DNA of 64,000 bases from Lobosporangium transversale. Taxonomy: Eukaryota. The notes under the pieces are model-generated. The model did no database searches, was not told where the DNA came from, and saw only the letters and a program-made list of their open reading frames with translations. A program made the translations under genes and the position numbers. Where the stretch lies: NCBI RefSeq assembly GCF_002105155.1, contig NW_019028981.1, forward strand, positions 1,178,001-1,242,000, given 5' to 3'. The first letter of the stretch is position 1; the number at the start of each line of letters is the position of its first letter. This document shows positions 54,581-64,000 of the stretch, in pieces.

Positions 54581-57500
54581 CTACTTTCCAACCCCAGCTG
54601 TAGCTCCGGAAGTGCCAGCAGTCTTCTTTAAAGTCTCAGGAGATTCTTTTGCCTCTTTAATCTCCTTCAAAATTGACTCTCTCCTTGAAGCTGCCTGCAG
54701 TTCAGGGTCTCCTGCATCCTCCTTTGCCAATACGGCCAATCGTTTCGCCAACAGTGCGACTCCAAAGAAGACAATCAATACACCCAAACAGAACAAGGCA
54801 TATTTCTTGGCTGTGAAACCTGCAAACTCGTCATAATAGATGCCTCCACCCACGATATCCAAAAGGACCCAGATTGTGAAGAAGACAGGCACTTGAAGCA
54901 ATGCATCATACTTCTTCAGTCCCATGTTAATCCAGTAGACTTGCGAAATCGCCGTCACCACCGTAACAATCAGGATCACCCATGCAATGAACGATGTGAA
55001 TTGGTTTTGGCCGTCAAAGATACTGGTCACTAGCAGGTTGATCAGTGACTTTGCAAACAACACAGTATACGATGCCATCATTCCTCCAAGTCCCGCGTAC
55101 GCTAATGGCAGACAGAAACGCAGCAAAGGTGAATTGCGTCGGATCAACTTTTCTTCGGGCAATGTGGGAATAATCTCAATCTGTCGCACGCGCTCCCAGA
55201 ACGTCAAGGGTACTCCATTATGATGATGTGACTTCTTTTGGCCTCTACGATGGCGACGTGTGGACATCACAGAAGGTGTGATAGACGGCATACGGCTCAG
55301 CCCCTGACGTGATGAAGATCCAGTCGCAGCCACAGTATCATGTTCTCCAACAGCTCCTGGAGTGCTTGTTCCCAATTCTGCAGAGCCTATGACTGATCCA
55401 CCAAACTTGAGTTTGGGTTCTTGTTTGTCTTCAACAGCGTTGGATGTTGAGGATGGGACCTTACTTTCCAGATCTGCAATAGAGTTTTGGCTGCTGTTGC
55501 TTCTGCTAGATCCAAACGAAGGTCTCCAGTTATCCTGTGGAGGCTCCGTATAAAGAACAGTAGATGATGCTCCTATAGCTGTTCCAGATGCCTCACTTGT
55601 GATCGTGTGATGACTACGACTCGATTTCAATGCGCCATCACATTGTTTCTGTTGTTGGGTGGATGACCGAGCAGGTGTATCCAATGATGTCCTATTTAAT
55701 GAAATATCATTGAGTTGTTCCTGTCCTTGTTTCTGTTTCTCAGAGCTCGGCTCCTTGGACGTTGAAGTTCTCGCCTTTCGCCCTTCTTCTGCATCACGTA
55801 GGTTAGCTCCAGACGACACGAGTGCTCCATGGATGGATGGATTTTTTGACCGTTCCTGAAAGGCCAAGCTTTGGGTGCTTTTGTTGGAGTTGATCCTGTA
55901 GAGCCGCCCTTCTTTCTTCAATTGCTGCTCGGAGGAGACACCAATGGCTACATCTGCCTCGTTCTCGACATTTTTCTCAACAAACTGGATAAAAAAGAAG
56001 GTAAAGACGATACAGACACCAATAAATGTCAGATAGATGATTGTGGCCGGCTTATGGAACAAGTTGATGAGAACACACAGCTTGTAATCTATTAAATAAT
56101 TAAATAATAATAAAAGGACGGTATTATCAATTAGCAAAATGTAAGATATATGTAAAGACATATACGAATTACTTTAAGAAAAAGCATACCTTGCGCAACA
56201 ATGCCTGAAAATACGACGACAATGACAGATCCTGCGACAATGAAAAAGATGCCAGCAATATCCCATCTTCCGAGGACCTCCTTGTTGATTAGGGGTGCGA
56301 TAATAACGTTGGAGATAAGAGAGATTGATCCTAGAGGTGCTGTCAGCGACTGAGGTGCGAATCGAAGTGCTATGAACCCTCCTAAATTTCCGATAATAAA
56401 CACGGCAAGACCTGCTGCCCAGAGCTATATCAAATATATATATATATAACAGTTACAGCATTATTACGAAGATCCTAATAAAAATAAAATAAAAACGAGA
56501 ACTGGTGGTGGCATGAAGAAGATAGAACATAATTATTTACCTTGGAGACAAAAATATTGCGCCAAAACATGTAAGGCTTCAATCGACGATAGAGCTTTCC
56601 ATGTCGGTTCTCCTTCTCCTCATACAAACGGTCAGCCTCCTGTTGCACCTGTTCTTCAGACCAGCCCAGTTCTTGGCGCCATCGCTCATGCTCTTCTTCC
56701 ATTTCCAGCTGTTTGAGAACTCGTCTTTCATCATGTTTACGTAGCGCATACTTTTGTCCATTTAATCCCAAGTTCAATACTGTGGATGAGATCAAGGTGA
56801 TGACCACTCCGATCCAGACATGTTTGCGCTGATCGATTTTTCGACAAAAACCCAATCCTTGCTCTCGCATCTGATCCAATGTGTAACCATGATTGAAGGA
56901 AGGATCACTGGAAGGGTGTGCCTCGTCGCCTGGACCCTTCATGACATCATCGAGATCAAATTGACAGAGGTTGTGGTATGCGCAACTATCGACATTGTTT
57001 CCAACCAAGGAACAGATCTGGCCTGCAGGCTGTCCTCCACAACAGCTAATTTGGCTATGATCTCGATCGCTTGAGAACGAGTGGTTCGTGGGGGCATAGC
57101 TTTCTTGCCAGGGACTACCACAAGTCGACTCTAGAGTGCAGTGACTTGGTGAGCATAAATCAGCAGGGATGGGGATGTTGCGCTGTGTGTAAAAAGCATA
57201 GGCTGCGCAGTCAGATGCAACACTGCATTGCTCCCCTATTTCAAAAAAAAAAAAAAAAAAAAAAAAAGTAAAATAAATGAATGAATAATGCAATTTGTCA
57301 GCCACGCCGAGAAAAATGAAGGCGATCCCTTTCTGATATTATATTTATTCTGCATCATGGTCAATGATGGAGAGTACAGGCAGTAAAGTTATCTGTGCAT
57401 TCATCATTGCAATCACGTTCAGGTATCATTTCATCATGTCTTTGGATGATTGATGTCTTCCAGGTCGGAGAAGAATTGAAAAAAAAAAAAAAAAAAGTCT

Positions 57501-58117
57501 GCGCATGTTACGCAATAAGAATAAACTATTTCCGATTTGGCAATAAAAAGTGGAAAAGCATGGGCTGAACCTGTTTTTTGTTGTTGTTGTTGTTGTTGTT
57601 GATAGGAGGATAAGGAAAGAGCGGATCAACAAAAACAATGCAATGGTCAATCATTTTTTGTCATTTGAATTTTACCTGCAGTGACGACAAATTGACAGGT
57701 TCCTGTCCTGTTGGTTGCACCGTTTGAGCTACTACTGAAGACACAGGCATAGGTGCCTGCCTGGACCTTGGCATGATTGCGTGGCCAATTCTCAGGACGA
57801 GTCACCTGGAGACATTCAAAGTCGGTTGTACAAGTCAGAGGCATCCCTGCAGGGATATCTCGCTTTCGTAGCAATGATAATGATGGAGGTAACACTCTCT
57901 TTTGACTGGTTGAGTAATCTAATGGATCGGGAACATCTGCAATCGATTGTCTTGAGAGACCCCCAAGAGGTGTTGGAATAGCCAGCGTTGTAGTTACTGA
58001 TGTTGCTGACAAGACAATGACCATTACTATCAGCAAGAAAGCAGTAGTTGTCGTCGTCATACTCATGGACCAAATGGACCTCATCGACCCATGTCTTTTC
58101 TGTGACAACAATGTCAT
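54581..58117 (-). CDS. NIPA-family (Mg2+ transporter-like, DMT superfamily) membrane protein with N-terminal Cys-rich extension, ~959 aa, 4 exons
   Basis: Exons 58117-57676, 57235-56541, 56424-56190, 56088-54581 (2880 nt, in frame; the start ATG is uncertain). NIPA motifs GLNGQKYAL, LWAAGL..IGNLGGFIALRFAPQSLTAPLGS, QVYWINMGLKKYDALLQVPVFF, GGGIYYDEF. Confidence 0.87.
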
Positions 58118-59940
58118 TTCAAATGACACTGAAATGAGAGTGAATGAACTGTGTGATTCCGTTAGACAAGGCTATTTCTCTTTTCTCTATGTGAGTGGAG
58201 TATAGGGATAGGAGATGAGAAATGACACGATAGGTAAAGGAAAAGAGAAAGGGGGAGAAAAGAGTTGATGTGAAGGAAGTTCAAAGAAGGAAGAGGAAGC
58301 AGGAAGTTGGAAGCATGAAATGGAGGGGTTACAACAGTTTAGATGCATGCGCGACCGAAAAAGTAGGCAAAGTAGAAGAAGAAAAAGTCGAAGTAGAGGA
58401 GAGCATAAGAATAAGAAACAGAAAGCGAAGAATATGAATGGGTAACTATTGCTTCTACTTGCAAACTAAACAACAGTAGAAAACACAAGTAGGGCAATGA
58501 CGAGAATGAAGGAGAATGAAGAAGAAGAAGACAAAGAGGTTTAACGCGATTAAAGGATTCAAGGACAAAAATGTCGACTTTATATAAAAATATTTATCTG
58601 GTTTGTTTAGATTGAATACAGATATATATATATTTATACAATTATATAAATACTACATAGAACAAGGACAAAAACAATGACAATGAACAATAGAAAAACC
58701 TGTTTGTTGTCTAATTGCACAAAACAATTGCACTTGACAATTGCGCATTTGTATAGATGACCAAGAATAGTTTCTTCTTTTGCCAAGTTGCCAAGTCTCT
58801 GAACAGCCCATTCACTCTTATTCTTTTTTTTTCCCCTCTCTTTCCTCTTCTTGTCAATCAATATCACACGGACATTGACACTCTTACACAACTCATACAC
58901 ACAGGCTAAGAAAAAAGAAAAAAAAAGTCCTCCATTTAATCTTCCGTGGATCTGATGACTTGTCTGCGCATGCCGAGTGTCTGCAGCGCGTTTACGTGAA
59001 CGCATCTTCTGCAGATTGGTCTGAATATATCCACGGGAGCAAAGTTAACCGTGCGAGATGATTCGATTCAAGAGGAATACAAGTCATCGTTTATGGTAGG
59101 ACGCTATTCTTAATCAAGACATCAATGTCGACACCATCGACAACATCGACAACATCGACAGCCATTATAATCGATTTATATATATTATATATATATCTAC
59201 AAGGATTCATGTTGTATGTGTCTATTCTTCGCCATGCACGCTCATTTTAATTTTCTTTTAAGTGAGAGCCTTCTTTCTTTTTTTTTTTTTTTGTTGACAA
59301 ACAAGGGTCGACAGTTTGCTAAACATGTCGTTTGGAGAGTGTGTGTGGGGGGGTATTTCTTCATGTAGGGAGGGAAAGAGGAGGGGGATCAAAGTTGCAC
59401 AATATCCACAAATCATGTTTTTATACTTGCTCAATCCGGCGGATTAATGGAAACGCCGAATCACAGACCTCTTCTCTCCCTCTCTCCCTTCATTCGATGT
59501 TCTTTTTTCCTCCCTGGGATGGGACTTGTGCACATTGTTAAGGCAAATGCCAGTGAATAAAATATACATCCTCTTGTTAACGGGGGGTTTTATCAAGAAA
59601 AAAATTCCAGAAAAGACATTCATGCAAAAAATGTACAGTAGATAGACTTAGAATCCGCAATGGATACTTACCATCCCTTTCCTTTTTCCTTTCCTTTTCT
59701 TTTCCCTTTCTCTTTCCCTCTTCTCTTCTCTCTTTCTTCTTTTCCTGTGGTTCCATTTTACACTTTCCCAAATTTTCAGGGAGATGAGACTTCCACCCGT
59801 TAGACTGGGCCTTGCTTACCCAGGATTTAGTTGGAATTAAACCGTATTCATCGCCACTAGGATTATTAACATCTTGAGATAACGATCTGCGTCATTACGA
59901 TTAGTTTGGGGGCTATAGAGCGTTTATTCCTTGGCTTTAC

Positions 59941-59943
<3 letters not shown>

Positions 59944-59997
<54 letters not shown>
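59944..59997. repeat. T26/A28 perfect inverted homopolymer repeat
   Basis: A T run directly followed by an A run. Confidence 0.9.
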
Positions 59998-60002
<5 letters not shown>

Positions 60003-61376
60003 ATAGCGCCGCTCGATCTCGAATTCAAGTAGTACAGAATACTAATTTGTCATAAATTGAGGGAAAGTGCTCTCTCTCTTTCTTTATTGTATAAGAGAAT
60101 CAAAAAAAAAAAAGCCCATCAGCGTTAACTCAATCGACAAGAAAAAATGTTAGCCGCAGCAAAATGCCAAGCTTAGGGAAAAAGCTTGCTTGTATGGCCA
60201 TATTCAGATTGATTTAAACGCATGCCTGTGCGTCTTTTAATCGCCCTCCCTTTTAAGGTTTTGGTAGTTGAGTTGTAAGGTTCATTCCTGTCGAGGGCTT
60301 TGTAATATCCCTGGGCGTAACGTACCACACCCAGAGTAACTTTTTTTTTTTTTTTTAGCCTCTGTCGATCATGATGCAACAGAACAGCGTGGGACGCGTT
60401 CCTTCGCGTATGAAGAGCGCTCTACCAAAGCAAAACCAAATGGCTCATTTTATAGCCAAGCTGCAGCATCCATGTAGATATTATATAATTAACTGCATCA
60501 CTGCTTCACCAGACAGCCCTACGAGATGCATCTGCAGGACAGCCTGTTTTTATATTACAGGATTGCAGGACTCTGGGCGTGATTGTACATATACATGTAT
60601 ATGACATCAAGCGTTCATCTGGCAGTCAGAATAATTGCTACCAGAAAAAACCATCAAAAAATAGCCATAGGTTCGTCTGCAATGCCTGTAGCAGCGCGTC
60701 ATCATGTGAAAAGATGTAAAGAGTAGGAAGAAAAAAAGGGATGACATAAAGTCAAAAATACTCAAGAAAAGATAAAACGAAACATGTACGCCACCAATAA
60801 TACTTTTGTCTGATGTCAGGAATGGCGACTGTTCGATGCTTGTTGGTTCTCCAAATCTGTCTTGATATAACCGTATTCAGCGGAGTTGGTTAGCATCCCT
60901 TGAATAGCTGCCATCCAGAGGGACTACTTAGAATAGACAGGATTCACTGTGTTGTTCAAAACAATAAAACTTGACTGAAAGTCTGTTAATTCTCAAACCA
61001 TGAGGCAAATAATGCCTCTGGACGCTTCAATAGGATTGTGGCGTGCTTTTGGGACGCAGAAAAGATAGCATTGTTTCTTTTGAGCAACGGAGGACATAGG
61101 ATTTGCTCTTTAGAGACAAACTTTTTGAAGTTACGCCTGTTGCGAGTAAAAACACAAATGGTTCTCGTTTTCCGCATACTTCAGCGCTTTCACAATTCAA
61201 AGGCTGTGACGTAACCATCAAATGTTACATATTTGTCGAATATTGACACATCCCTTGCAAAAGTTCAGGTATTGTTTAAGAGACGTAGAGAAGTCAATGA
61301 CATGTGGCAGTGTTCAAGTATTTATACAGTACCATGTGGAGTCCGAACAGTCGCCAATACAAAATTAATTTTCGGG

Positions 61377-61415
<39 letters not shown>

Positions 61416-61524
61416 CAAAAAAGATGTCCTTTATTCGATCAAGATCAATCGACATATCGACGAATTGCTTTTTGTGTTGATGAAGTAAAACAAAGGTATT
61501 TCGCTATTTTTTTTTTTTTTTTGT

Positions 61525-62074
61525 TTACTCTTCATCATCAGCAGCAGCAGCCTTCTTGGCAGACTTCTTCTCCTCATCGCCACCAGCACCGGTAGCACGG
61601 GTGTAGATCAACTGGGCGCCGTGGGTTGAGACTGGGACGATCAAGCCCTGCTTGACCAACTCGCGGATGGCCATGCGGGCGAGAGAGCCGTTAATGCGGA
61701 GACGATCAACCAAGACAGAGGGTGAAACCAACTTGTAGGTGGGAACCTCCTTCATGAGCTTGTCGTAGGTGGCCTTGTCAAGGATGACAGCGTTGTTAGC
61801 CTTGTCCTTGACCTTTCCCTTGGACCATTTCTATTAACCAAACAAATCCCAAACATAAATCATAAAAGTGAGTTTTATTTCTTTCATGATCTTTCAAAGT
61901 GTGTCAAATTAAGACAGAAAGCGAGAAAGAAAAAGATAATGAACAAGACCACTGCGACTCAATCCTTTTGCTTTTCAAAAAAAGAGATGCAACAACAGAC
62001 AGACTGATGCCTGCAGTAATTCTCGCCCTTTCTTCTTATCTCGCATGTTCCAGTGGTGATGAACAGATAAGAGG

Positions 62075-62107
<33 letters not shown>

Positions 62108-63147
62108 AAGGATAGGTGGTCGCTGGCATCATCTTTTGTTGTTTTCTCTCTTTCTTTTTCCCATTTCCCGTCAGCTATCTTTAAAAAGAAAAGGCATTGT
62201 TTGTTACCTTTTTCTTGGCTTTGCCACCCGAGGATGACGTAGGCTTAGCAGCAGCGTCCTTCTTAGCCTATTGAACAGTGTAACAACAATAAAAAAAAAA
62301 GCATAGGGTTAGTACTACAAGAATATTGAATAAAATGTAAGACGAACCCTGAAAACAAGTGTCGAGTAGTGGATTAAGAGGTTGAAAGTGGTATTTTCAT
62401 TTCATACTGCTCTGCTCTAAACTGTTGAAGTATAGACCAGGAAAGTAAGAAACTGAACGCCGCTGCTGCCGCAATCACCACTGCATCCTTTTCTTTTCTT
62501 TTCTTTTTTTCTTTTTCTTCCTGAACTGCTTGCAAAGCTCAGCAAACGGGTCTAGTTTGAGGCTAGTTATAACTGTCTTCCTTGATAAAGTCCTCTGGTC
62601 ATTAGGGAAATGCTGATTCATCCTGACAATGGTTCAAGCGCCAGCTTTGTTTTATTTGCTTCTGCTTGCCAACGAGCAAGAAAAACAAAAAAGGCGACTA
62701 ACGTTGAATGCAGTAGCAAAGCAACATCGTTCCGCATGAGCCTTCCGTAACAGGAAAAGGAAGATACCCTCTCTTTCTCTCTTGCATGGTTCTCAGTATG
62801 TCCATTATTGATTCTCATTCACTATTCCCGGTGAGATTCCATATTGATATTCTGTAATGAGTAGTAGCTGTTGTTCGTTTTGTTTGTGTGCTTATCGTAG
62901 AATGAGCAAACATCAACTTTAACAAAATAATGATTCTTCAGATGTAATAAAAAAAAAGTGAAGACGCCAAGAGTGTCGATAGTAATAAGCAATCCTGCGT
63001 TTCTCCTTGTTGAATATTAACTTGCTTATTGCCTCAATGGTTGTTGCCAATACGGATTTAATGGATTGATGGATCGATGGATGACAAGATATCAATCCAT
63101 TCATCCACAAGTGTTTAAAAAAACCGTCCTGCAGGGAGACTAACCAT
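61525..63147 (-). CDS. RPS25: 40S ribosomal protein S25 (eS25), 122 aa, 3 exons
   Basis: Exons 63147-63145 (ATG only, followed by GTTAGT), 62267-62208 and 61830-61525. Sequence [54 protein letters not shown]. Confidence 0.93.
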
Positions 63148-63557
63148 TGTGATTGTAAGAGAGGAGTTTCATCAAATCCATTCTGGTCTGCTCCTTATGG
63201 ACCCTCATTTGACCTTAATTTTTTTTTTTTTTTGCACGTGCACAACCAATTGTTCTAAACGTCAACAGGATCAAGATTGTGTTGTACTTGGCTATTAATT
63301 TGGTCAAAAAAAAATATATATATGCTGGATCCTTTCTTTTATCACTCTTCACAATGGGTCACACTGAAGGCTACAATCACATTGAATTTACATCGTATTT
63401 TTTTTTCTGTTTTTTCTTGTTATTTGTTTGCATATAGTTACATGGTATATCTGGTATATATCTTTTGGCTGTTATTATATATTATTATTTCTTCTGCTTT
63501 CAGCAACGTAAAGCAAAATATCTTTTTTTTTTTTTTTTTTTTTTTTCCCTCTTTTTT

Positions 63558-64000
63558 TTAGTACTTGTGGATTTCATGATGTCCTCCCATATCAATCTTG
63601 GACTCATGCTCTTCAGCAGCAGCGGCAGCCTCACGCTCCAAGCGTTCCTCCTCTTCGATCACATCCAAAGGATCTACATAGATCTCTCCACGCATCTTGC
63701 AGATCAGCTTCTGGATCCAGCCGGGCAAGACGTTCTGCCAAGTAAAGCTTTCGCTGATCCATGGTTCCTTCAAATCCTTATCCTCGGGTGAGATACGTCC
63801 ACCAGAGATCAACTCCAAGATGTAAACAATACCGTTGATGGCAGCATAGGAACCAACACCAGCAATAAGACCATAGGCAATTGAGTACGACAAGGGCATC
63901 AGCGCAATGGTCAAGAATGCTGGGATGGCATCTCCAACATAATCCCAGTTAATGGAACGGACAGACTTGACCATCATAGAACCGACAACGATCAAAGCAG
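63558..64000 (-). CDS. AzgA-like purine permease (NCS2/xanthine-uracil permease superfamily), C-terminal part; 5' end lies outside the window
   Basis: ALIVVGSMMVKSVRSINWDYVGDAIPAFLTIALMPLSYSIAYGLIAG is typical of AzgA-family C-termini. Confidence 0.88.
   Translation of the reverse strand, partial: ALIVVGSMMVKSVRSINWDYVGDAIPAFLTIALMPLSYSIAYGLIAGVGSYAAINGIVYILELISGGRISPEDKDLKEPWISESFTWQNVLPGWIQKLICKMRGEIYVDPLDVIEEEERLEREAAAAAEEHESKIDMGGHHEIHKY

Noticed and set aside
58200..61500. tRNA/snRNA or small genes in the NIPA-RPS25 spacer
   Set aside because: No cloverleaf, box A/B pair or recognisable coding motif found by eye.

Overview
Intron-rich, AT-rich eukaryotic (fungal) genomic DNA with long poly-A/T tracts. 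The gene content points to an early-diverging fungus, probably Mortierellaceae (inference only). I reconstructed about 16 spliced genes by hand from GT-AG junctions and frame continuity: CTU1/NCS6, RSP5, a small COX8/COX7C-like gene missed by the ORF track, a C2H2 zinc-finger transcription factor, an ATP-dependent DNA ligase, an EPG5-like giant protein, an HDAC8/Hos1-like deacetylase, an SDR, two orphan secreted proteins, a chitin deacetylase, an LRR protein, an ELMO-domain protein, a NIPA-like transporter, RPS25 and the 3' end of an AzgA-like permease. There are also two pseudogenes, an LRR paralog and a pentapeptide-WD40 remnant. The most notable observations are: (1) an intron-containing ligase with a T4-phage-like architecture and a probable mitochondrial presequence; (2) a fungal homolog of the 'metazoan' autophagy tether EPG5; (3) an LRR receptor-like gene with hypervariable repeat positions next to its decayed duplicate; (4) a UAG-CAG-UUA readthrough context followed by an in-frame Q-rich extension on the transcription factor; (5) a NIPA transporter fused to a Cys-rich ectodomain; (6) a secreted His/Gln repeat protein. 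All homology calls come from motif recognition, not database searches.
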